Source: the human T2T-CHM13v2.0 reference genome, Homo sapiens. Taken from it: a stretch of DNA of 64,000 bases. A program made the translations under genes and the position numbers. Positions within the stretch are counted from its first letter, which is position 1, and each line of letters begins with the position of its first letter. Below are positions 51,460-64,000 of this stretch, piece by piece. The DNA is taken from assembly GCF_009914755.1 (NCBI RefSeq), contig NC_060926.1; one strand, given 5' to 3'. The notes below the pieces were generated by a model, which did no database searches, had not been told where the DNA came from, and saw nothing but the letters and a program-made list of their open reading frames with translations.

Positions 51460-52190
51460 TTTTAGACATCTTTTATCATGGTCTTTCATTGTCTGAAATG
51501 CTACAGCCCCTGGAGCTGGCATCCCACAATTAACAATTATATTGTCGATGGTTATATGTGATTCTGTGGTGGCTCCAGATGTGAAATCCTGTTTCCTTAA
51601 TGACACTATAACTGTCTCCAGCAAATCAGCATCTGCTCTGCTGGGCTTAGTCAGGGCTAGACACATGGCTCTCGATAATTTGCTTTTTGGTTCATATCAC
51701 TCATTCAGAGACTGAGGTTTGTCAGCCAAATCAATCATTACAAGGAGAGGCAGCACGTTACAGTAAAAAATACCATTGGATAAATGAATGGGGTTATGGG
51801 GTCTTGTGCTCCTACTATTTAACTAGATGAAAACCTTTGGATAGATCACCAGGGTGTATGTCCATCAGTTTTCTCTTCTTTAAAAATAGAATATGGCTTG
51901 TTCTGCACGCCTGTTTTGAAAATAAAAAAACAGAAGTGACAGAGACTTCTAGGGAAGCAAATCATTATACCAATGGGAAATATTGTTACATATTTGCAAC
52001 ATAGAGAAAGGGCAGCTGAGCTGGTCTGACCACTCTCTACCCAGATTGGAAACAGGAAACAAGATTTCATCTCTGGAGCCAGCAAAGAATGGTATATCTG
52101 TAGACAATATAATAGTTAACTGTGGGGTGCCAGCTACAGGGGCTGTAGGATTTTCAGACAATGAAAGACAGTGATAAAAGATGTCTGAAG
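51460..52190. repeat. Long inverted repeat: arms 51460-51597 and 52054-52190, ~456-bp spacer
   Basis: Hand alignment gives ~20 mismatches plus 3 gap positions over ~139 columns; opposite-strand ORFs share DNIIVNCG.PA.GAV.F. Confidence 0.95.
51745..51925 (+). mobile_element. MIR fragment in the inverted-repeat spacer
   Basis: gagaggcagca...cagtaaaaaa...accttgg-like...catcagttttctcttctttaaaaatagaa. Confidence 0.5.
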
Positions 52191-52388
52191 ATTTTGAAAA
52201 GGAGGTTGGGGAGAACCGAGAAAGAACACCTTCATGACAGAGTCTGCTGTCCTCTGAAACCCAGGGCTTCCTTTGTTGGTTGATATCTCTCCCGTTAGCT
52301 GATGGACACTTCCCTCTGGGAAATGAGTCTCCTGTTGAGACTCAGTAGGAATCTCAGTAGGAATGAGACACAGTAGGAATGTGTCTCT

Positions 52389-52760
<372 letters not shown>

Positions 52761-54399
52761 TTAAGACCATTGGAATGTTTAAAACAAAGCCAGAAAAGTC
52801 CCAGAGTCTCCTGCTGCAGAATAGAAATGGCACAGAGACCTGCTGCTGTGCTGGAGAGCTAGTTCTGCAGGAAGTAGATGGAAGAAATGTGTTCACTATG
52901 GGTTCCAACTGTCTAGAGAACAAAGGCTTGGATTTGGCTTAAGTGTTGAGATTTCCATTTTTGAAAAGGTCCTGTCATGAAGGCAGCCAACAGTGTAGTG
53001 GACACAAGTGGATTACCATGTTTTGGCCTAAGGATCTCACACAAGGAAATTCAGGGCCTGGGGCCACAATGAGGGTGTGAGGGGTATTGAGTGGCCTTAG
53101 GAATCTCTTAGATCTCTGTCCGTAAGGAAACCTAAGATGCTTTTGGAACTTCATAACCCACAGAATATGACATTGAAAGGTAACCAAGAATAAAAATGAG
53201 AGAGAAACTGGCTGAATATTCAAGAGTAATGAAATTCAGCAGTACCTGTTCACATATGGTAACTTGGGGACATTTACAGACTGCATGTTTGAAGTGGAAA
53301 CTTTTTCCCAGAACAAGTGTATGGGAGAAATCTCAATCTGGCAGAAATGATATTGACTCTTTGGGATACATCCTAGTGGTCTTTGACTGAAGACATTTTG
53401 CTTTTCTATGATATGGGGCTAAAAGTTGCTTGCTAATTTCAATTACAGGCACATCCTGCAATGAACCAAGTGACAAATGTGGAAAGCTTTAACCTGTTTG
53501 CAAGGGATTGCTAGTTAAATCCAAACACAAATCATGTTCCTTATGGCTGACACTTCAAATACAGAGTCCTTCTGATGGTGCTTCTTAAAATAACAATTCA
53601 AGTGCTCAGTTTGTTCAAGAGCTGGTGCCTTACTTAGTACCATGTGATGCTTAAAATTTAGGCACTCTTATGACAATGAAAGGGCTACTAAAAAGGAAAT
53701 AAACTTCTTCTAGAAGAAAATAGCAAATTCATGTGGCAGATACAATTAGTATATTCCTGTTACAGATGAAGAAACTAAAGCACAGAGAATAAAAGTATTT
53801 TGCAAAATTGTCCTGTGATGGCAAATTCTGTTAGAAGTATTTCCTTTACCACTCTTGATAAAGTTGCTGTTTATTGAATCAATGAAGAAATCTTGGGATT
53901 ATCCCAGACAACTCCACCTCTCCTAGTAACTATATTCCACTAGTCATCAAGTCATATCAATTCATAGCTCAGAAAACCTTATCAGAATCTGCATGTAAAT
54001 TATTATAAATAGTGAAAGAATTTAGCAGTATGGCTAGATAAATTTGCAAAGCCCCTGTATTTCCATATCCTTGACAATTAAAGGATAAAAAACACAACTT
54101 TCAAATATTACTTCTAATAATACTTTAAATAATACTTCTAATAACTAATACTCACATTAATTGAACATACTTATTATGTGCTAAGTACTCTGCATATATT
54201 ATTTCATTTTATTAACACTACCAGTGTGTTAGTATGTTAACAGGGAAGAAAATTTGAAGGAACATATACCAAAATCTTATGGTGGCAGTCTCCTCATGGA
54301 GGAGGGATGGTATGATACAGATGAACTTCCTTTGTTCCATACTGTATTAATTAATTACAATAAGCATTCATTGTCTTTGGCATTAATAAAATGAAATTA

Positions 54400-55775
54400 T
54401 GAAAAATTATAATTTTTCTAAAGATACTATTTAAAATGGCAACAAAAACTTAAAATACATAGAAATAAATATAAAAAGAGATATGGAAAACCTTTACCTA
54501 GGAAATTTTAATCCTCATTAAACAGTCTTTAAAAAGACCTAAATAAATGGAGAAACATGTAATGATCATGGATACATTTTAATATTTGAAAGATTTCAAT
54601 TCTCCCAAAATTTACCTATAGATTCAATGCAATTTCAATCAAAATTCCAAAAGGAATTTTAATGCTATGTTATGAGGTTAATCTAAAATTAATATGACAG
54701 AACAAAAAGTCAAGAATAGGCAACCCACTCCTGAGAAAGAATAATCTGGGATGTTTGCTCTTGATATTAATATTAAGATATTATAAGTCTGTAGCAGTGG
54801 TGCACAATAGAAATGTAATACAAGCTACACATGTAATTTAAAATTATCTAGCAGCCACATTAAAAGCAAAAAGATGATATGAATCAAATGGATAATATGT
54901 ATTTTAATAACACATTTAACCCAATATATTGAAAATATTATTTCAATATGTAATCAATACAAAAATAATTAAAAACATTTTATATACTTTTTTCATAAGT
55001 CTTTAAAAAACAGTATATATTTTACATTTACAGAATTTATCTCATTTTAGACTATCCACATTTCAAGCACTCAATAGTCAACAGAGCTAGGATCATAATA
55101 ACACAAATTTATAGTATTTAAGCAAGTATGGTGTTAGGTCAAGGATTGACTTATTGGCCAAATAACCTCAAGAGAGAGCCCTAAACCCCTAAAGACATAT
55201 GGAAGCTCAATGTTTGGAAGAGTAGGCATAGCAACTTACTATAGTATGTGTAGTAGGTGGTGATGGGGTAGTTGATCATACATTTGGAAGAAAATAAAAT
55301 TGGATTTCTGTCTCATGTCTTGCACAAAATTTAGTTTCAGCTGAAATAAAGACTTAAAAATGAAATGCAAGCCTTTAAACATTTGGGAAAAAATACAGAA
55401 AAACATAGATTAAATATCATTATAACCTTTGAGTAGGGCCAGATTTCTTAAAACATAAAAGCATTAACTAGAGTGGACAATATTTTAATAAATGACTATA
55501 CTAAATTTAAGAACTGCTGTTTGTTAAATTATACCATGAAGTAAATAAAAATACAAGCCACATACTGGGAAGATTTATTTGCAGCACTTATTTAAAAAGC
55601 ATTATGGTTCAGAATACCTAAATAACTCCTAAAAAATCAGGAATAAAAATATGTAAAACCCAATAGAAAAATAAGTATTTCAGAGAACATGAAACACTAA
55701 AGGAAAATAAAAATGTATAAATATTCTCAACTTCATTAGTGATCAGGGAAACACAATTTAGGAATAGAAAATATC
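54400..55775 (+). mobile_element. Old L1M ORF2 3' region
   Basis: aaagacctaaataaatggaga...tagattcaatgcaatttcaatcaaaattcca...ctcaacttcattagtgatcagggaa. Confidence 0.8.
54793..55110. mobile_element. MER33-like hAT-Charlie element
   Basis: caatagaaatgtaatacaagctacacatgtaatttaaaatt...tagcagccacattaaaa...ccacatttcaagcactcaatag. Confidence 0.75.
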
Positions 55776-55777
55776 TC

Positions 55778-56982
55778 TTTTTTAATTTCTGTATTTTTAA
55801 AATTTTACTTTAAGTTCTGGGATACATGTGCTGAACGTGCAGGTTTGTTACATAGGTATACATGTGCCACAGTGGTTTGCTGCAGCTATCAACCTGTCAT
55901 CTAGGTTTTAAGCCCCGCATGCATTCGGTATTTGTCCTAATGCTCTCCTTCTCCTTGCCCCCCACCCCCCAACAGGCCCCAGTATGTGATGTTCCCCTCC
56001 CTGTGCCCATGTGTTCTCACTGTTTAACTCCCACTTATAAGTGAGAATATGCGGTGTTTGGTTTTCTATTCCTGTGTTAGTTTGCTGAGGATGATGTTTT
56101 CTAGCTTCATCCATGTCCCTGCAAAGGACATGAACTCATTATTTTTTTATGGCTACATGGTATTCCATGGTGTGTATGTGCCACATTTTCTTTATCCAAT
56201 CTATCATTGATGGGCATTTGGATTGGTTCCAAGTCTTTGCTATTGTAAATAGCTCTGCAGTAAACATATATGTGTGTGTGTCTTTATAGTATAATGATTT
56301 AAAATCCTTTGGGTATATACCCAGTAATGGGATTGCTGGGTCAAATGATATTTCTGGTTCTAGATCCTTGAGGAATCGCTGCACTGTCTTCCACAATGGT
56401 TGAACTAACTTACTGTCCCACCAATAGTGTAAAACCGTTCCTATTTCTCCACATCCTCACCAGCATCTGCTGTTTCCAGACTTTTTAATGATCACCATTC
56501 TAACTGGCATGAGAGAGTATCTCATTGTGGTTTTGATTTGCATTTCTCTAATGACCAGTGATGATGAGTGTTTTTTTTTTATTATGTTTGTTGGCCGCAT
56601 AAATGTCTTCTTTTGAGAATATCCTTCCCCCACTTTTTGATAGGGTTGTTTTTTTTTCTTGTAAACTTGGTTTGGTTCCTTGTAGATTCTGGATATTAGA
56701 CCTTGTCATCTGAATAGATTGCAAAATTTTCTCTCATTCAGTATGTTGCCTGTTCTCTCGGATGATAGTTTCTTTTGCTGAGCATAAGCTCTTTAGTTTA
56801 ATCAGATCCCATTTGTCAATTTTGGCGTTTGTTGCTATTGCTTTTGGTGTTTTATCATGAAGTCTTTGCCCATGCCTGTGTCCTGAATGGTATTGCCTAG
56901 GTTTTACTCTAGGATTTTTATGGTTTTAGGTTTTATGTTTAAGTCTTTACTCCATCTTGAGTTAATTTTTGTATAAGGTGTA
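55778..56982 (-). mobile_element. 5'-truncated L1PA (L1PA8-like), 3' 1.2 kb
   Basis: taggttttaagccccgcatgcatt 3'UTR; TSD core gaaaatatc at 55767 and 56992. Confidence 0.95.
56139..56396 (-). pseudogene. L1 ORF2p C-terminal fragment (non-functional)
   Basis: WKTVQRFLKDLE..FDPAIPLLGIYPK...FTIAKTWNQ.KCPSMIDWIKKMWHI is the L1 ORF2p C-terminus. Confidence 0.92.
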
Positions 56983-57277
56983 CACCTTATTGAAAATATC
57001 ATTTTAAATCCAATAGATTGTCAAACTTAAGAACTGTTATTCTATGTGTGGAGCAATGAGCAGTCTTCTATACTTTTAGAGTGTGAAGTGCTACAGCCAC
57101 CTTGGAAAACAATTTGGTGGTATTTTTTAAGTAACCAATACTTAATGTATACTGATGACCTTGTGATTGTATCCTTGATGTATATTGGTTAGTTTGGAAG
57201 GCTATATGTAGAACTTTCGTAGCTGTGTTGTTTATAATCGTATGCAAGACTAATGCTATTGATAGGAAAATGAATGA

Positions 57278-57433
<156 letters not shown>

Positions 57434-57539
57434 TAACAAATTTCTTAAGACTAATACAGAGTGCCACTATTTTTATAATACCTTTATTGATATATAATTC
57501 ACATACTGTAAAATTTACCCTTTAAAAGTATACAATTCA

Positions 57540-57850
<311 letters not shown>

Positions 57851-57889
57851 GTGTAAAATTCAGTGGTTTTTTAGTTGCAAATTTTATCA

Positions 57890-58615
57890 TCCCTCTTCTG
57901 TCCTGCTGAACCTGTGCCCAGAGTTACTCTAAAATGGCAGTGGGGGTGTTCCTGCAAGGGATGTCCCTAAATGACCAAACTGTCTTTAGACGAGGCTGAT
58001 TGGGATTCCAAAGAAAGAAGCACTAAATGCTAAGATGAATAACACAAAGCATTTATTATGGGAACTTAACATACAGAGGGCTGTAGAGTCCTTGCAACAG
58101 ATAGCAAGAAAAGAGATGCTCTAAACTGGTATATCAGTAATGAGAGTTTATATGGAGTTTATATCAGGTTATGGAGTTTGTATCAGGGATGTCCAATCTT
58201 TTGGCTTCCCTGGGCCATATTGGAAGAAGAAACATTGTCTTGGGCCACACATAAAATAAACTAACACTAACGATAGCTGATAAGCTTAAAAAAATTGCAA
58301 AAAAAATCAATGTTTTAAGAAAGTTTACAAATTTGTGTTGCCACATTCAAGGCAGTCCTGGGCCGCCTGTGGGCCATGGGCCATGAGTTGGACAAACTTG
58401 GTTTATATGGAAGTTTAAGGAATGTAGCTCAGGGCTGGGGCTAGTTTCTATGTGTTTAGCAACATGATTGATCTTTTAATGTTTTGGGAAAGAATCTAAA
58501 CACCTTTATCAGTGCCTAGGAATGTTCCAGGCCCTGGCTTGGGTTCAAGCCTGCAGGGGAAAACATGCAGCTGTCTGAAAGATAAATGGGAGGTGGGGGA
58601 ACTGGGGGACACCAC
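57890..58615 (-). mobile_element. Old ERV LTR (same family as 49355-49858), split by MER30
   Basis: Shared blocks with the 49.4-kb copy; catttatt is a poly(A) signal on the minus strand. Confidence 0.65.
58184..58400 (+). mobile_element. MER30 hAT-Charlie MITE
   Basis: caggga..gtccaatcttttggcttccctgggcca...ttggacaaacttg; 8-bp TSD gtttgtat/gtttatat. Confidence 0.92.
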
Positions 58616-58798
58616 AGTCCCCAAAAGATATCTTATTATCAGTCACTATTCTTTTTCTCTCTCCCCATCTTTTAACAATCACTAATCTACTTTAGTTTCC
58701 ATCTCTATGGATTTGCCAATTTTGTACATTTCTTTAAAGGAATTATACAATATGTGACCTTTTGAGTCTTACCTTTTTCACTTAGTATAATATTTTCA

Positions 58799-59144
<346 letters not shown>

Positions 59145-59350
59145 TCATTACTTTTTATTGCTGTCATATCCATTATATGGATATGACATATTCTGTTTAT
59201 TCATTTATCAGGTAGAAATTTGGGTTATTTGTACTTTAGGAATATTAAGAATAATATTGTTATGAACTTTTGTGAAAAAGTTTGGTCTTGACATACATTT
59301 TTCAGTTCTCTTGGATATATGCCTATAAATGGAATTGCTGAGTCCTAAGG

Positions 59351-59713
59351 TGTATTAGTCTATTTTCTTGCTGCTGATAAAGACCTACCCAAGACTGGGC
59401 AATTTACAAAAGAAAGAGGTTTATTGGACTTACAGTTCCACATGGCTGGGGAGGTATCACAATCATGGTGGAAGGCAAGGAGGAGCAAGTCACTTCTTAC
59501 ATGGGTGACAGTAGGCAAAGAGAGGGCTTGTGTAGAGAAACTCCCATTTTTAAAACCATCGGATCTCGTGAGACCCATTCACTATCATGAGAACAGCACA
59601 GGAAGGAAAGACCCATGATTCAATTATCTCCCACTGGTTCCCTCCCACAACACATGAGAATTATGGGAGATACAAGATGAGATTTGGGTGGGGACACAGA
59701 GCGAAGCCATATC
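59351..59713 (-). mobile_element. THE1 solo LTR (THE1D-like)
   Basis: tgtattagtc...gccatatca with perfect 5-bp TSD taagg. Confidence 0.96.
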
Positions 59714-60515
59714 ATAAGGTAATTGCATTTAACGTTTAAAAGAACTGCCAAATTATTTTCCAAAATGGCCAAATCATTTAAAAATCTCACCAGTAGTATG
59801 TGAAGGTTCCTTACTCCACATCCTTAGCAGCACTTGCTATTGTCTGCTTTATTATTTGAGCCACCCTACCATGTGTGAAATTTTCATTTGGTTATAATTT
59901 GTATTTCTTTAATGACTAATGATGTTAGGCACCTTTTCCTGTGCTTATTGACACAACTATTTTTTCTAATGTACAAATTGAGTCAAAAGTGAAATAATAC
60001 ATTCTTTATATATTTATGTATATTTACATATTTAGTATCTATATACAGTATAATCATAAAATAAATTATATATAAATATAAAATATATGTGCATGTGTAA
60101 AATTGATAGGATAGTAGTTATCTGTGGAGGAAGTAGGTGAATGAGACCAGAAACGAACATGCAAGTAGCTTCAGTCATATTAATTAGGTTGTAATTCTTA
60201 GGATAGATTGGAGTTTTACTAGTATTCATTTTATTGTGCTTCATAACTTCATAACAAATCCTATCCTTATCAACTTGTTAAAAATATTTTCATGCACCTA
60301 CAATGTGTCAGTTACCATTCTTGTGCATAGAAGTGGATATAACACCAAATGTGCTTGCATAACCACCATTTGTTTTAATTAAAAAATAAATTAAACAAAC
60401 ACAAGAAAAACTTTATCTTTTACCTCTCCTCTAACTCCAAAGGACTGGAAAATAGCAACCACTTTCAGTCTCCCTGCTTCTAAAACTTTCTCCTTCCAGT
60501 CCGTTCTCAAAACTG

Positions 60516-60998
60516 CGTCAACCTAAATAATAAACAAAGAGAGGCTCTCTAAAAGAAAATGATATTTATTCAGTAATGGACATTGCAATGGGAATACACA
60601 TACCATAGTAAACTATGCAAGTGTTCAGGGAGGCAAAAAGAAGAAAAAAAGTTTTTAAAGCAAAACGGAGTAGGATTACATAATTGTTTTCAGATAATTA
60701 TCTTTGGCTACATGGATCAATAACAAGGGAGGAACTAGTCCGAGGTTGGAGAGGCAGTTGCTGGGCAGAAGTCCTCCCAGAAATATTTTTTTGTGTAAGG
60801 TTACAATTAACTTTGTGCAAAACTTGTGATTTCTGCAGAGTGTTTCGTGATTTTGTTAACAAGCATTTTTGCATGAGAACCCTCTCTTTATGGTCTTCCC
60901 GGGTTTCTATTTGTCAGGTTTTTTTTTTTTTTTGGTGGTTTTGTTTGGTTTTGTTGTTGTTTAACAAAAGTGGCTCCATTTTGACTCTGAAACTTTCA
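60516..60998 (-). mobile_element. ERV1 solo LTR (MER31/MER65-like; subfamily uncertain)
   Basis: gtcaacctaaataataaacaaagagaggctctctaaaagaaaatgatatttatt...ctccattttgactctga. Confidence 0.7.
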
Positions 60999-61034
60999 GA
61001 GCTGCCACCAGGATGATCCTTGGGAACCACAGTT

Positions 61035-61080
61035 TTTTTAAATCTTTTAACAACACCTTTTAAAATCTTTTAACAACACC
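61035..61080. repeat. 23-bp tandem duplication
   Basis: tttt(t/a)aaatcttttaacaacacc x2. Confidence 0.9.
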
Positions 61081-61884
61081 TCACTACTATCATAAAAGAG
61101 TATAAAATAATAAAATGAAAAGCTATTTTATGTTTTTTGACTTGATTTAACCTATATCCAGCCTCAGAACTTATTGCTTAGATCAAACTGAACCAAAAAC
61201 CCTTCAACAAGCTCAACACACCTTGTCATGCCCCTGGTCTCTGTAGTGCTGTATCCACCATATGGAACACCTCACCCATCCATCCTCTTCATTTTTTCTT
61301 ACTGAAGAACTCCTACTAATCCCTCAAAATCAGCAATTTATGGTGCCTGGAATATTCTAGGTATTTACTATTTATTGTTAGAAGGATGAATGAATAATAA
61401 ATAAAAAGGTTCCTTGGCTGTTTAAATAGAAAATTGAAAATTTCCGTATAATGGCATTTTTTAATCCTATTGCACTTGCTCTTTACCTTGTTTTTCTCCA
61501 CTGGACTGTAAGTTTCTGAAGCTCAGAAGTCATATCTACATTATCTTTTTATTGACAGCACATTGCAGAGTGCCTGATGAGTAGATGTGTGCTGTGTATT
61601 GGATTAATATGTTCCCACTGCCACTGTCCTATCTCAAAGCCTACAACATCTCTTGCCTAGACTTCTTTCTAACCAACTCTGCCTCCAATATTACTCTCCT
61701 CAGTCCCTACTGGTGAAGCAAAATAATCAATTTTTCCTTACAATACTGCAAGCATTTTGAAAGAAGGAACATAATGATGTTCAGCTTTGTATCACATGAA
61801 TCACCTAATACAGTGCCCTGCTGTAATGTGTTCAATAAATGTTTTTGGAATGGAGTAATTAATCATTCCACTGTCTTTTTCAAT

Positions 61885-62312
61885 AATTCCCTCCGTGGCT
61901 TATAACAACGATTTATGTTATTGCTATAGGTCTTCAGGTTGACTGTGAGTCATCTGCTCTTTACTGGACTTGGCTTGGTGATTCTTTTTTCAGGCAGTGG
62001 GTGAGCTGGCCTTGGCTCCAGGTTTGCTCCATGTATGTGTAATCTGGGATCTAGGCTGAATGGTCAGCGGCTACCTAGGGCATGTCCTTCACATAGCATA
62101 TCACAGAGTCCAAGGAGAGTAAGTGCAACTATGCTAGCTCATTTCAAGCTTCTACTTGTATCTTACCTGCTAATATCCCATTGGCCTAAGCAAGTCATTT
62201 GGAAAAACTTAAAGTCAATGACAGCTGCCCTTGAGACCATCACAAATGTGTGGATGCATAGTTCTATCACTGTGAAGTAGAGAATTTGGACCAACAACTT
62301 AATCTATCCCAC
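61885..62312 (-). mobile_element. Old MLT1 (J/K-type) MaLR LTR
   Basis: gtggcttataacaacgatttat...ctaatatcccattggcctaagcaagtca...aatctatccca. Confidence 0.75.
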
Positions 62313-62489
62313 CATGGTAAGATTTTTCTTTTATTCTGAGTAAGATGAGAGTGAGATGAGAACCATGGAAAGAACTAAGTAGAAAGGCAACAGCATCTTA
62401 CTTCTTTACCCTCAAAAGAGTCATTCTTGCATTAAGTCTATACTCATATTCTTGCTTCTGTTGAAAGATGCTTTTTTCTTCCTCTATGC

Positions 62490-64000
62490 CTTATGGAAAC
62501 AAGACTAAATGAAAAAAAAAGGAATATGATAGAGAGCCTAGAGACAGATATGTGCATATATGAACTCTTGTTTATAGCAGGAGTGGTGATGCAGAGCAGT
62601 GGAGGAAAAGATGTTCTATTTAAGTAATTGAGCTGGTATATTTGGATATCCATATGGCAGAAATAAAAATTGACCCATATTTCACACCATATGAAAGTAA
62701 TCAATTCTGGGAGAAATGTACACCTAAATATGAAAAGCCACACCAAAAGCTCTTCAGAGTTAATATTGGTGAATACTTTCCTAAATAAGTTAGAAAAGAT
62801 TTCTTAAGCAGGATATAAAAATTATTGGCCATAAATGTGACTATATTAAATTTGAAAGGCTGTTTATCAAAAGGCACGATTAAAAGAGTGAAATGTAAGC
62901 CATAGAGTGAAGGAAAAATTTTATAGTAAAATATAACCAAGAGCAAGCAGACCCTCAAAAAAGTTAAACATAGGATTACCATATGACATAAGCAATTCCT
63001 CCCCAAGTATATCCCGGAAAACTGAAAGCAAGTACTCAAACAAGTACATGTACATGTGTGTTCACAGAAGTGCTATTCACAAAAGCCAAATGGTAAAAAC
63101 AACCCAAATGTCTATCCAAAGATGAATGAATAAACACATTTTATAACCATACAGTGAAATATTATTGATTCATAAAAAGAATGATGCACTGGCACATGCT
63201 AAATGTAGATGAATCTCCGAAAAGTTATTCTAAGTGAAAGAAGCCAGATACAGGATGTCACATATTGTATGATTTCATTTATGTAAATCATCCAGAGTAG
63301 ATAAATCCATAGGGACAGAATACAGATTGGTGGTTGCTAGGGGCTGTGGGAGGGATAGATGGGGAAAACTGCTTGATGGATAATGAATTTTACTTTGGAG
63401 TGACAGAAATGCTTTGGAATTAGTGGTAGTGATTGCACCTCTTGGTGAATGTATTAAATGCTACTGAGCTGTTCACTTTAAAATGGTTAATTTTATGTTG
63501 GAATTTTACCTCCATAAACTACATACATAATATATATGTGTATATACATTGATATGGGTGTAAATATAGTACTTATACATATGACAAACAGTTTATAGCT
63601 AGGATATATAAACACGTGTTCCAAATCAGTGAGAAGACAATCAGCACAATAGAAAAAATGAGCAAAGGATTTGAGAGGCACTTAACAAAAAATAAAATTC
63701 GAATGGCTAATAACCATATGATAAGTTTCTCAACCTTATTTTTAGTCAATAAAATAAACTAAAAATACAGTAAGATAGATCTGTTGAGTTGGTTTAAAAA
63801 TACAAATAAAAACAAAACTAACAAAACCAACTATTGGTGAGGGTATCGCACAAAACGACCCTCACATCCCATTGGGAGCATAATTTGAGTCAACCAATTT
63901 AGAATATGGATTGGCAATAACCGCTAAATTTCAACAAAGGCATATCCTATGCCATAGAAATTCTCGCTGGTAAAAACTTGAGAAATATGTGCATAATGTC
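62490..64000 (+). mobile_element. Old L1M ORF2 end with nested L1MB-type 3' end (~62950-63515)
   Basis: aacaacccaaatgtctatc...taagtgaaagaagccagatac...cactttaaaatggttaattttatg. Confidence 0.85.

Noticed and set aside
51451-52174. Two opposite-strand ORFs sharing DNIIVNCG.PA.GAV.F, suggesting paralogous peptides
   Set aside because: Explained by the DNA inverted repeat; frames diverge at indels, so there is no sign of coding constraint

Overview
This is anthropoid primate (probably catarrhine, human-like) non-coding DNA, judged from AluJ/AluS/AluY SINEs, THE1 and MLT1 MaLR LTRs, L1PA8/L1M LINEs, MIR, L2 and the MER5/MER30/MER33 DNA transposons. I find no credible protein-coding gene, tRNA/rRNA gene, CRISPR array or prokaryotic system. 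The ORF track consists of chance ORFs and repeat-derived frames; the only recognisable one is the L1 ORF2 C-terminus. I cannot name the locus. LTRs and L1s lie on both strands, which fits intergenic or lncRNA territory better than a strongly transcribed intron. The most notable unexplained structure is a ~138-bp inverted repeat of apparently unique sequence at 51460-51597 / 52054-52190. It is about 83% identical by hand alignment, and 8 of its 10 transition mismatches read as G-U pairs on the + strand, so it is a candidate long-range RNA duplex. Other points of interest are a near-perfect pre-miRNA-sized hairpin inside a MER5, a higher-order minisatellite built from an LTR end, several fold-back quasi-palindromes, MaLR LTRs with intact DUX4 motifs, and candidate CTCF, PBX-MEIS and DR1 sites. 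Repeat subfamily names come from recalled consensus sequences, and boundaries of old repeats are approximate.
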